A stretch of 42,433 bases of DNA, from the IMG/VR virus record IMGVR_UViG_3300020355_000006, positions 1-42,433 of that record; one strand, 5' to 3'. A program made the translations under genes and the position numbers. This document shows, piece after piece, positions 1 through 8,412 of the stretch (the stretch's first letter is position 1; each line of letters opens with the position of its first letter). The notes below the pieces were generated by a model, which was not told the DNA's origin, did no database searches, and saw only the letters and a list, made by a program, of their open reading frames with translations. The stretch is from a virus (taxonomy: Duplodnaviria; Caudoviricetes).

Positions 1-61
1 CTTTCGCTTCAATTTGTCGGTTAGTCGTGAACAGTTTCAGTTTAGCTTCGTTGCGTGTCAT
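1..61 (-). CDS. small early hypothetical protein, truncated by window edge (MTRNEAKLKLFTTNRQIEAK...)
   Basis: Manual translation; ATG at 61 preceded by AAAGG and the promoter at 95-123; not in the ORF track. Confidence 0.6.
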   Translation of the reverse strand, partial: MTRNEAKLKLFTTNRQIEAK

Positions 62-94
62 GTTGTAACCTTTCGTTTAACTTTCTATGATCTT

Positions 95-123
95 ATTATA
101 CCATAAGTATCGGCGTTTGTCAA
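95..123 (-). promoter_or_regulatory. sigma70-type early promoter TTGACA-N17-TATAAT
   Basis: Reverse complement reads TTGACA aacgccgatacttatgg TATAAT: perfect consensus, CCGATA in spacer. Confidence 0.9.
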
Positions 124-126
124 TAC

Positions 127-264
127 CTAACTTGAGAGAATTTCTGATTTTGTCCAGAAAAATTCTTTCTCGTCCATCCGCTCAACGTGTGCGGGAATGT
201 CCCGCTTGTCTGTAATGATGCTGATGGTTCTGCCGTTGTCGTTTGTGAAAGTCATTTGAATCAT
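127..264 (-). CDS. 45-aa early hypothetical protein (MIQMTFTNDNGRTISIITDKRDIPAHVERMDEKEFFWTKSEILSS)
   Basis: Manual translation; AAAGGT RBS and promoter at 292-320; below ORF-track cutoff. Confidence 0.7.
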   Translation of the reverse strand: MIQMTFTNDNGRTISIITDKRDIPAHVERMDEKEFFWTKSEILSS

Positions 265-291
265 GTTATTACCTTTGTTTGTTATGCCCTA

Positions 292-320
292 AGTATATCA
301 TATATATCGTCACTTGTCAA
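292..320 (-). promoter_or_regulatory. sigma70-type early promoter TTGACA-N17-TATACT
   Basis: Reverse complement TTGACA agtgacgatatatatga TATACT. Confidence 0.85.
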
Positions 321-381
321 GCACAATCTTAACTAAATAATAAAAAAACAGGAAATTATTTTGCCGGGCAGGGCCAGCCTT

Positions 382-410
382 CGTAAGTCCTTACTGTCAA
401 ACGACTTACG
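382..410. repeat. 29-bp intergenic inverted repeat CGTAAGTCcTT-N7-AAcGACTTACG
   Basis: Perfect 8-bp arms extended to 11 bp with one mismatch, just past the stop codon of ORF 418-642. Confidence 0.8.
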
Positions 411-417
411 TAAAAGT

Positions 418-642
418 TTACTCGTTAGCTGTACCGTACCGCTCGAAGTATGCGGCCATTGCATCCATCTTAGACTGTGGTACTTCCGCCACACTGATAA
501 CCTCACAGCTATCATAGTAATCGTTAAAGCGAAACACTGTTTCGCCACTATCGTTTTGCCGTAATTGGTCACGGCTAACACTGAGGAAAGTACAAGGGCG
601 GCCATTACGTGGGTCGATTGCTTTAACGTCAAATCTTTTCAT
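418..642 (-). CDS. 74-aa early hypothetical protein
   Basis: ORF track; AAAGGT RBS and own promoter at 674-702. Confidence 0.8.
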   Translation of the reverse strand: MKRFDVKAIDPRNGRPCTFLSVSRDQLRQNDSGETVFRFNDYYDSCEVISVAEVPQSKMDAMAAYFERYGTANE

Positions 643-673
643 TATTATTACCTTTGTTGTTTGTTATGTCTTA

Positions 674-702
674 AGTATATTATATATATCGGCTGTTGTC
701 AA
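674..702 (-). promoter_or_regulatory. sigma70-type early promoter TTGACA-N17-TATACT
   Basis: Reverse complement TTGACA acagccgatatatataa TATACT. Confidence 0.85.
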
Positions 703-721
703 GAACAATCTTTAATTATTT

Positions 722-787
722 TTAATTATTCTCGAAATAAAAACAACCAGCGATAAGGATGACAGCGTAGATAAAAGTAAAAAGCAT
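722..787 (-). CDS. putative 21-aa hydrophobic peptide (MLFTFIYAVILIAGCFYFENN)
   Basis: Manual translation; the ORF lying between promoters 826-853 and 674-702; weak GAGA RBS. Confidence 0.45.
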   Translation of the reverse strand: MLFTFIYAVILIAGCFYFENN

Positions 788-825
788 TTTAATTCTCGTT
801 AGTGTTGTTAACTTGTTATGTCTCT

Positions 826-853
826 ATTATACATAGATCGGCAGAAAAGTCAA
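826..853 (-). promoter_or_regulatory. sigma70-type early promoter TTGACT-N16-TATAAT
   Basis: Reverse complement TTGACT tttctgccgatctatg TATAAT, CCGAT in spacer. Confidence 0.75.
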
Positions 854-1043
854 TACCCTTTAGCCAAAAAACCATAAAATTATCATCTTTTTTCTTACCC
901 CCTAGTTATTTGTTCAAAAACCCAGACGCGGTACAATTTCCTTTTTGGGTGGGTGGTTTGAACGAAATTGACCAAAAATATTTATAAATGTCTTACCTAA
1001 ACCGCACCGACTCGCTTATTATTGTGTCTTTTCGCGGCTAAAG

Positions 1044-1051
1044 TGTGTATA
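1044..1051 (+). promoter_or_regulatory. putative late promoter motif TGTGTATA
   Basis: Recurs before structural operons; here precedes the first rightward gene. Confidence 0.65.
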
Positions 1052-1091
1052 CCCCGTATATAGCCACTATAATATGAAGGAGGAACAGAAA

Positions 1092-1346
1092 ATGCCTAAT
1101 AAAGAACAAGAGAAACGCCTGAAGTCGCTTTTGAATACAAAGAGCACCGGCACGCTGCAAGAGGAGATTGAAGCTCAGCTTGCCCAAAACATAGAGGATC
1201 CAATTATACCACCCGCATTTGATATGACCGCTAGTGTTGCTGGTATCACAGAGGAAGAACAGGAAATGATAGATCTGGCCGAAATAAAGAAGCTAGACAG
1301 AACAGAGGAGCTTAGAAAACAGAATGAACATTCCAGAAGGCATTGA
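1092..1346 (+). CDS. acidic hypothetical protein (alternative start 1074)
   Basis: ORF track; AGGAGG upstream of the ATG at 1092 favours that start. Confidence 0.7.
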   Translation: MPNKEQEKRLKSLLNTKSTGTLQEEIEAQLAQNIEDPIIPPAFDMTASVAGITEEEQEMIDLAEIKKLDRTEELRKQNEHSRRH

Positions 1347-1845
1347 TGAGGAACATGCCGTAGAGGTAATCACGAAGATCGCCCGTAGACTGGCCCCTAA
1401 ATACACCTTTGCCTCATACGAAGCAGAGGACATAGAACAAGAAGCTTTTTTGATAGGAATAGCAGGACTAGCTAAATATGACCAGAATCGTCCCCTAGAG
1501 AACTTCATGTACACCCATATAAATAATCGCTTGAAGACATTTAAACGAGATAACTATTACAGATTAGATTATGGTACTGCTGCCCAGAAGATACAGGACA
1601 GAAAGAAGAATTTACTTGAGCCCATAGATATTGACTCGATATATGGAGTATACACCCACGAACAGTCCTCTAGTAATGCACAGATGCAGGAGACCCTAGA
1701 CCTAATAGACAAAAAGCTCCCAGCACATCTACGTAGAGACTATTTAAAATTGCAATCAAACTCTCCTTTGCCTAAAGGCCGCAAGGCCATAGTGATAGAA
1801 ACTATAGAAAAGATTATCAACGGAGACTATGATGAAGAAGGGTAG
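1324..1845 (+). CDS. short RNA polymerase sigma-like factor (sigma70 region 2)
   Basis: EAEDIEQEAFLIGIAGLAKYDQNRPLENFMYTHINNRLKTFKRD resembles the region 2 pattern; C-terminal region 4 appears truncated or degenerate. Confidence 0.7.
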   Translation: MNIPEGIDEEHAVEVITKIARRLAPKYTFASYEAEDIEQEAFLIGIAGLAKYDQNRPLENFMYTHINNRLKTFKRDNYYRLDYGTAAQKIQDRKKNLLEPIDIDSIYGVYTHEQSSSNAQMQETLDLIDKKLPAHLRRDYLKLQSNSPLPKGRKAIVIETIEKIINGDYDEEG

Positions 1846-2626
1846 ATTATCTAAAGAGGATATGGCTTTTATCGAGGCGAACGCCGAGGTTCTTTCTCCA
1901 GAAGAGATAGCTGAGACTCTTGACAGGGATCCAAAAGGCATCCACGACTGGATCTCTAGAAACATTGGTTTCTCAGCTAAACAAAAAAAGGAAGCTGCTG
2001 TAGCCAATGAACTCAAATCTAAACCTTACTATCGCGAATTGATTCACCAATTTGCTGCTGAAGAATTGGAGATGTTTGAATTCCACTTCAAGAAGATGTG
2101 GAGTCAGTTTAAAGATGATGTATTTCATACAGAAGAAATGCAGATCATCGACACGATCAAGCTTGAAATCCTAATGAACCGTATTCTCAAGAGCCAACAA
2201 GAGAACCAGACACAAATTGTCACTTATGAAACATTGGTGCGAGAAGAAAAGGCGGTGGATAAAGATCAACGAGACATGGACTATATCATCCAACTGGAGC
2301 GTCAGGTAGCTGTTCTCCGGGCCTCACTAGAGACTCTATCTAAAGACTATAAAGATCTCCAAGCTCGCAAGGCGACGATGCTGAAGGATCTCAAGGGCAC
2401 CAGAGAGCAACGAATCAAGGCAATCGAGGACAGCAAACAAACATTTGCCGCACTTGTAAAACAAATAGCGACCGATGAAGCGTTTCGCACGCAAATCGGG
2501 ATCGACATGGAAAAGATGCGATTAGCTATGGAAAACGAGAAAGAACGACTATCGGAATACCACACCTATGAAGACGGTGCTGTTGACCAGCCGTTCTTGA
2601 CTCCGGAAACATTATCAGAGGAGTGA
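1829..2626 (+). CDS. HTH plus coiled-coil protein, possibly small terminase-like
   Basis: N-terminal LSPEEIAETLDRDPKGI HTH-like segment and long coiled coil; upstream of packaging genes. Confidence 0.4.
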   Translation: MMKKGRLSKEDMAFIEANAEVLSPEEIAETLDRDPKGIHDWISRNIGFSAKQKKEAAVANELKSKPYYRELIHQFAAEELEMFEFHFKKMWSQFKDDVFHTEEMQIIDTIKLEILMNRILKSQQENQTQIVTYETLVREEKAVDKDQRDMDYIIQLERQVAVLRASLETLSKDYKDLQARKATMLKDLKGTREQRIKAIEDSKQTFAALVKQIATDEAFRTQIGIDMEKMRLAMENEKERLSEYHTYEDGAVDQPFLTPETLSEE

Positions 2627-2657
2627 AATACTTCTCTTTATTTAGGACAAAAATAAA

Positions 2658-3428
2658 ATGAGAAAGACGATGAATTGGAAAGTTGGAACATTTTTTGAGG
2701 ACCACATCGAGGAGTCCATAGAAAAATATAAGATTGGACAATCCAAGTTGAACGAAAAAGCCAAATCTATGGAGGGAATGATACAAGAGGGAGCCAGAAA
2801 CCTATTGAATATACTGGCTGACTTTGATGGGTGTCGTTATATGCAGATTGGAACATGGAAGGGTGCTTGTTTGTACTCCGCCCTTTACAAAAACAATGTT
2901 GAGTATGCTTTTGCTTGTGACAATTTCTCAGAGTTCGCTCTGCGTCAGGGTGGGAACGTAGTAGAAGATGGCGAAACGAAGGAGAGAATTAATTTAGACC
3001 TTGATGTTATGCTTAACTTGATGCAGCCAGACGAAGAAGGAGAAACAGTTGAGTTTGAGTTTTATAATGGCGACTGTTTTGGTATACCTCTGGAGCAAAT
3101 AAAGAAACCTATTAATATGTATTTTTACGATGGTGGACATAATCTTGGCGATCACTTCATGTCTTTATGCTACTACTATCCGGTTTTAGATGATGAGTTT
3201 ATCTTTATCTGCGATGACTGGGGAGACGAAAAAGTGCGTGTGGGAACTCGGGCCGCAATAGAGTATTGTAATTATCTAAGCCGAACCGAACATGTTTACG
3301 AAAATATGTTTATTTCCCACATGGTTAAGGATACGCTATTTGGCCAAACGCTTGCAGGCGGAAGAACAACATCACACCTATATACATTAGACAACAAAGG
3401 AATAACTAAGGAGAAGCTGGAAAAATGA
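2658..3428 (+). CDS. class I SAM-dependent methyltransferase (Methyltransf_24-like)
   Basis: YMQIGTWKGA, YFYDGGH and IFICDDW motifs. Confidence 0.75.
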   Translation: MRKTMNWKVGTFFEDHIEESIEKYKIGQSKLNEKAKSMEGMIQEGARNLLNILADFDGCRYMQIGTWKGACLYSALYKNNVEYAFACDNFSEFALRQGGNVVEDGETKERINLDLDVMLNLMQPDEEGETVEFEFYNGDCFGIPLEQIKKPINMYFYDGGHNLGDHFMSLCYYYPVLDDEFIFICDDWGDEKVRVGTRAAIEYCNYLSRTEHVYENMFISHMVKDTLFGQTLAGGRTTSHLYTLDNKGITKEKLEK

Positions 3429-4606
3429 CAAAAGCAATCATTTTCGGAATAACAGGACAAGACGGAAGCTATTTAGCAGAACTCCTATTAGAAAAAGGAT
3501 ATGACGTAGTGGGCGTTACTCGTCGCGTCAGTGTAAGTACCCTGAATAGAATTGAGCACATCCTGCCAAAAATAAACATAGTAGAGGGCGACATCACAGA
3601 TGGATTTAATGTCTGCAAAATCATACAAGAGGAAAAACCTGACGAGGTATACAATCTTGCGGCTCAGTCTCATGTTGGAACTAGCTTTAAGCAACCTAGC
3701 CTAACTTGGGACATAACGGGTGCAGGCGTTCTAAATATACTTGAGGCAATAAGATATAGCTCTCGTAAAGACGATATTAGGTTTTATCAGGCTAGTAGTA
3801 GTGAGATGTTTGGCAAAAACTACAGCACCAGTGCAAATGTGTCTCTGGTAACAGATAAAAAGGGGCATGTTGTAGTAGACAACCCAACTGCCGAGGGCAT
3901 ATACGAATACAAAAAATACCAAGATGAAAACACACCATTTATTCCACAGAGCCCTTATGCAATAGCCAAGCTAGCGGCCCATCACCTAGTTAGAAACTAT
4001 CGAGAAGGGTATGGTATTCATGGAAGTTGCGGAATTTTGTTTAATCACGAATCTGAAAGACGTGGAGAAAACTTCGTTACCAGAAAGATAACCAAGTGGC
4101 TGGGCGAGTTTGTGGCATGGAGAGAGAACAATAAGGGGTTTCTTGATATTTCAAGCGACCCAGACAATATTTCCCTAAGAGACGATGATACTCTTCATGG
4201 GGGAATAGGAGAAGTTCTTACGTCTTTCCCCAAGCTTAGACTCGGCAACCTAGACGCCAGACGAGACTGGGGACACGCCGCAGACTACGTAGAGGCTATG
4301 TGGCTCATGTTACAGCAAGATGAGCCTGATGACTACGTGGTGGCCACAGGAGAGACATATAGCGTTAGGGAGTTTCTGGATATAGCCTTTGGTCACATAG
4401 GCATAAGCGACTGGGATGATCATGTGGTTATAGATCCCAAGTTTTATCGTGCTGCGGAGGTTGACTACCTGCTTGGCATTCCCACTAAGGCAGAAAACAA
4501 GCTTGGATGGGTTAGAAAGGTTTCATTTAAAGACTTAGCAACTAGAATGGTAGATTACGATGTCAAAAAGGCGAGACTACAGCGATCCGGTTTACAAGCG
4601 GTTTAG
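3425..4606 (+). CDS. gmd: GDP-mannose 4,6-dehydratase
   Basis: GITGQDGSYLAELLL, NLAAQSHV, QASSSEMFG, SPYAIAK, GILFNHES, GNLDARRDWGHA motifs. Confidence 0.97.
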   Translation: MTKAIIFGITGQDGSYLAELLLEKGYDVVGVTRRVSVSTLNRIEHILPKINIVEGDITDGFNVCKIIQEEKPDEVYNLAAQSHVGTSFKQPSLTWDITGAGVLNILEAIRYSSRKDDIRFYQASSSEMFGKNYSTSANVSLVTDKKGHVVVDNPTAEGIYEYKKYQDENTPFIPQSPYAIAKLAAHHLVRNYREGYGIHGSCGILFNHESERRGENFVTRKITKWLGEFVAWRENNKGFLDISSDPDNISLRDDDTLHGGIGEVLTSFPKLRLGNLDARRDWGHAADYVEAMWLMLQQDEPDDYVVATGETYSVREFLDIAFGHIGISDWDDHVVIDPKFYRAAEVDYLLGIPTKAENKLGWVRKVSFKDLATRMVDYDVKKARLQRSGLQAV

Positions 4607-4835
4607 ATCTGCTGTACTAAAAAGGGATAACTTTACCTGTCAAATGTGTAATATAAAGGGCAAGCGGGTACGTCTTAATGTACACCACATAATGAAATGG
4701 AGTTCTGCGAGCACTTTGCGTTACGATGTAGACAACGGCATAACACTCTGTAATAAGTGCCACAAAGAAGTAACAGGAAAAGAATCACATTATATAACAT
4801 ACTTCTCAGAAAAAGTAAGGAGAAACAAGAAATGA
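4560..4835 (+). CDS. HNH endonuclease
   Basis: RDNFTCQMC...LNVHHI...NGITLCNKCH. Confidence 0.9.
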   Translation: MSKRRDYSDPVYKRFRSAVLKRDNFTCQMCNIKGKRVRLNVHHIMKWSSASTLRYDVDNGITLCNKCHKEVTGKESHYITYFSEKVRRNKK

Positions 4836-5221
4836 ATTTTTTCAAAAAAGATAAAGACGACTCTAGTGATAGCAGGTTCTCTAATTTTGATTCGGCCCCC
4901 AAGCCAGTCGGAAAAAGTGCATCTGACAAGCTAAAGGAAGACGTAGTGGCTGCGGTTGAGAGTATTAAACCGGGACAAAGACTTACTTTTCCTTTCGCGG
5001 GAAACACCGGGGACGAACAAGAGGCTATTGCTGCCGTATATACAAGAAGACTAGAGCTAGGCTTTGATTTAATTGTGGATAACGATGTGCCAGAGATCAT
5101 TATTATTAGCACTAAAAAAGTGGCACCGGCTCCAGCACCAAAACCTGAGCCAAAAATAGAAGCCGAGGTAGAGCTAGACGTTGAGCCTGTAGAAGAAGAG
5201 GACGAGAGTACTGATCTGTAA
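4832..5221 (+). CDS. hypothetical protein with acidic/Pro-rich tail
   Basis: Track ORF 4757-5221; ATG at 4832 overlaps the HNH stop (ATGA) and has an AGGAG RBS. Confidence 0.7.
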   Translation: MNFFKKDKDDSSDSRFSNFDSAPKPVGKSASDKLKEDVVAAVESIKPGQRLTFPFAGNTGDEQEAIAAVYTRRLELGFDLIVDNDVPEIIIISTKKVAPAPAPKPEPKIEAEVELDVEPVEEEDESTDL

Positions 5222-5736
5222 TGAATAATTACACAGTAATAAAAGACACACGAGAGCAGGACGGATGGTTTTTTTCTCCATATGACAAATGTGACGGAAT
5301 GGAGGTTGGGACGCTGCATACCGGCGATTACACCTTAAAGGGATTTGAGGACGTAGTGTGCGTAGAGAGAAAGGCCTCTGCTTCCGAGATAGCCATGAAC
5401 TTAGGGAGAAAGAAGAAGCCGTTTCAAGAGGAAATGGAAAGAATGAAAGACTTTCAGTTTTCTTTTCTTATTTGTGAGTTCGACATGGATGATGTTTTAA
5501 AATATCCAGAGGGATCTAGAGTCCCTCATAAGGCTAGATCAAAGGTTCGTGTGACAGGAAAGTACTTGTTAAAATGCCTGATGGAATTTCAAATATGGTA
5601 CGACACTAAAATAATATTTTGTGGAGACAAGAAAAACTCGTTCTTAGTGTGCAACAGCATATTCAAAAGGCTTAATGAGCTGTTTCATACAGAGAACAAG
5701 GATAACGCATCAAATGTCAACGAATCGGCCTTCTAA
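5221..5736 (+). CDS. ERCC4/XPF-family nuclease
   Basis: DTREQ, GDY and VERK motifs. Confidence 0.85.
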   Translation: MNNYTVIKDTREQDGWFFSPYDKCDGMEVGTLHTGDYTLKGFEDVVCVERKASASEIAMNLGRKKKPFQEEMERMKDFQFSFLICEFDMDDVLKYPEGSRVPHKARSKVRVTGKYLLKCLMEFQIWYDTKIIFCGDKKNSFLVCNSIFKRLNELFHTENKDNASNVNESAF

Positions 5737-5738
5737 CT

Positions 5739-6377
5739 ATGGGGGTAAAAATGAATAAGTATGATGACCGGATTAGTGATATTCATAGCTATGGACTAGA
5801 TGTAAAGAACAGAGAAATCTTTCTACATAACAAAGAGTCGGATGAAAACCCCGGCGTAGACTACAGAATGTCTATAAATTTCTTGAAGAACATGCGTTTG
5901 CTAGAGCTACAGAGCAACGAGCCCATACTCATACATATGCATAGTATTGGCGGAGAGTGGTACTCAGGCATGGCTATATATGATATCATAAAAGCCTGTA
6001 AATGTCCGACGACCATAATATCGTATGCTCAGGCTGAGTCAATGAGTAGCATAATACTTCAGGCCTCAGACAAAAGGGTATTGATGCCTAATTGCTTATT
6101 CATGTGTCACTACGGCTCTACAGACCTATCGGGAGATTATCTCAGTTCCCATAACTTTGCAGCAATAGATAAGGTTAACATGCAGGTTATGGTTGATATA
6201 TATGCGGACAGGTGTGTTAAACGTGGTGCTTATTTCAAAGACAGACAGGACTCTTTATCAAAAGTTAAGAGTTATATCAAAAGAAAGATGAAGGACGGAG
6301 ACTGGTATTTAAATGCTGAAGACGCGGTCTACTATGGCTTCGCTGATTCGGTATTTTCTAGATCGACTAAAATATGA
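5739..6377 (+). CDS. clpP: ClpP-family serine protease (start may be 5751)
   Basis: SIGGEWYSGMAIYD, AESMSSIILQA, LFMCH, DWYLNAEDAVYYGFAD; Ser-His-Asp triad positions present. Confidence 0.85.
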   Translation: MGVKMNKYDDRISDIHSYGLDVKNREIFLHNKESDENPGVDYRMSINFLKNMRLLELQSNEPILIHMHSIGGEWYSGMAIYDIIKACKCPTTIISYAQAESMSSIILQASDKRVLMPNCLFMCHYGSTDLSGDYLSSHNFAAIDKVNMQVMVDIYADRCVKRGAYFKDRQDSLSKVKSYIKRKMKDGDWYLNAEDAVYYGFADSVFSRSTKI

Positions 6378-8350
6378 ACAAAGACTTTAATTTAGACGAT
6401 GCTTGGCTTGGTATAGATGTAGATGAATCTACCCTTTTCAATCCAATGGATTTCGTCATGCAGGAATCTGACAACGACGCACTTCTTAAAAGACTATCTT
6501 GGTTAATGATGCGTCCGGAGTATTTCTCGTTTGTATGTAAATATGTTCTAAACATAGAACTCTCCCCGTTTCAGGCCCTACTTCTATATGAAATGTGGAA
6601 CAGAAAGTTTCCAATGCTCATAGGAAGTCGTGGTATGGGTAAGTCTTTTATACTCTCTGTCTATCCTTTGCTCCGTGCCTTGTTTATGCCTAGGCGAAAA
6701 ATAATTATCGTTGGTGCTGCCTTTAGGCAATCAAAGGTTTTGTTTGAGTATATGGATACAATTTGGAAAAACGCTCCAGTACTTAGAGATCTTTGTACCA
6801 ATAATAGCGGTCCACGAAGAGATGTGGACAGATGTGTTATGCATATAGGACAAAGTACCGTGACATGCCTTCCTCTTGGCGATGGTAGCAAGATTAGAGG
6901 CCAACGTGCTAACGATATTATAGCGGACGAATTTGCATCTATACCCAGAGATATTTTTGAAAACGTTGTTGCTGGTTTTGCTGCGGTTGCCTCTTCGCCA
7001 ATAGAAAAAGTAAAACAAAAAGCACGAGAGAAAAAGGCCGCAGAACTCGGTATACCAGTATCTAAAAAAGAAGACAAGGGTGCTGGAGATAAGTCCAACC
7101 AGATAATATTGTCTGGTACTGCATATTATGACTTCAATCACTTTGCGGAATACTGGAAGAGGTATCACTCTATAGTTTCTAGCGGAGGAAATATTTCTAA
7201 ACTCTCTGAGGTCTTTGGGGGAACTGTTCCAGACGACTTTGACTGGAGAGAGTATTCTGTTATTAGGATGCCAGTGGACAAACTTCCCGACGGTTTCATG
7301 GATGGAGGACAAATAGCAAGAGCCAAAGCTACGGTTCATAACGGCATATATAATATGGAATATGGTGCAATATTTACTACAGACAGTCAGGGATTTTTTA
7401 AGCGTAGTCTATTAGAGTCATGCACTACATCACCCACGACTCCTGCCGTTTTGCCCTCTGGAGAAGTTTGGTTTGAAGCGGGTCTCAAAGGAGAACCGGG
7501 TAAAAAGTATGTATTTGGCGTTGACCCCGCTTCAGAAGTTGATAACTTTAGCATTGTTGTTATGGAGGTGAATTCCGACCACAGAAGGGTTGTTCACTGT
7601 TGGACAACAACTAGACAGCAACATAAAGACAAGCTAAAGTCAAAGATCGTGGACGAAGACGATTTCTATTCGTATTGTGCGAAGAAGATACGTCAGCTCA
7701 TGAAAGTGTTCCCTTGTGTAGAGATAGCCTTGGATGCACAGGGAGGCGGTATAGCCGTCATGGAGGCGTTGCACGATAGAGACAAGATACCAGAAGGAGA
7801 GGTTGCCATATGGCCAGTTATAGAGGAGAAGCCTAAAGACACTGATGACCATGCTGGCTTACATATACTCAGACTGTGTCAATTTGCTAAGGCCACTTGG
7901 TTGGCTGAGGCGAATCACGGGCTTAGAAAAGACCTAGAAGATAAAATAGTTTTGTTTCCGTATTTTGATTCTGCCAGTTTAGGAATAGCCCTAGAAGCAG
8001 ACAAGATGTCAGGAAGAAAATATGATACTCTTGAAGACTGTGTTATGGAGATAGAGGAGCTAAAGGACGAACTGTCGATGATCGTAATGACCCAAACATC
8101 GACCGGAAGAGAACGATGGGATACTCCAGAGGTGAAAACCGGAGCGGGAAGAAAGAGTAGACTCAGAAAGGACAGGTATTCTTCATTAATAATGGCAAAT
8201 ATGTCGGCTAGATATATAACGGTAGAGAAACAAATTATTGAGTATGGTGCTTTTGGAGGGTTTGCTGGCCATAATATTTCAGGCTCTTCTGATGAAAAGC
8301 TTTTTAGTGGACCAGCTTGGTTTACCGAAAAAACACAGAATCTATATTAG
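6374..8350 (+). CDS. terL: terminase large subunit
   Basis: Walker A GSRGMGKS, Walker B IIADE, nuclease motifs FGVDPA and KDRYS; immediately precedes portal. Confidence 0.92.
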   Translation: MNKDFNLDDAWLGIDVDESTLFNPMDFVMQESDNDALLKRLSWLMMRPEYFSFVCKYVLNIELSPFQALLLYEMWNRKFPMLIGSRGMGKSFILSVYPLLRALFMPRRKIIIVGAAFRQSKVLFEYMDTIWKNAPVLRDLCTNNSGPRRDVDRCVMHIGQSTVTCLPLGDGSKIRGQRANDIIADEFASIPRDIFENVVAGFAAVASSPIEKVKQKAREKKAAELGIPVSKKEDKGAGDKSNQIILSGTAYYDFNHFAEYWKRYHSIVSSGGNISKLSEVFGGTVPDDFDWREYSVIRMPVDKLPDGFMDGGQIARAKATVHNGIYNMEYGAIFTTDSQGFFKRSLLESCTTSPTTPAVLPSGEVWFEAGLKGEPGKKYVFGVDPASEVDNFSIVVMEVNSDHRRVVHCWTTTRQQHKDKLKSKIVDEDDFYSYCAKKIRQLMKVFPCVEIALDAQGGGIAVMEALHDRDKIPEGEVAIWPVIEEKPKDTDDHAGLHILRLCQFAKATWLAEANHGLRKDLEDKIVLFPYFDSASLGIALEADKMSGRKYDTLEDCVMEIEELKDELSMIVMTQTSTGRERWDTPEVKTGAGRKSRLRKDRYSSLIMANMSARYITVEKQIIEYGAFGGFAGHNISGSSDEKLFSGPAWFTEKTQNLY

Positions 8351-8352
8351 AT

Positions 8353-8360
8353 TGTGTATA
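8353..8360 (+). promoter_or_regulatory. putative late promoter motif TGTGTATA
   Basis: Intergenic, 60 nt before portal start. Confidence 0.65.
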
Positions 8361-8412
8361 TCAATACAATCAGCAATATAATTGACAATACTATCGCCGG
8401 AGAACAATATAA

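Larger units (their letters stand above)
262..713. repeat. imperfect ~70-bp direct repeat (262-331 and 640-713) covering promoter, leader, RBS and start codon
   Basis: catgttattacctttgtttgttatgccctaagtatatcatatatatcgtcacttgtcaagcacaatctt vs cattattattacctttgttgtttgttatgtcttaagtatattatatatatcggctgttgtcaagaacaatctt. Confidence 0.85.

Noticed and set aside
333-987. Track ORFs 333-632, 361-564, 565-756 and 802-987
   Set aside because: They cross promoter elements or overlap the RBS-supported small minus-strand genes
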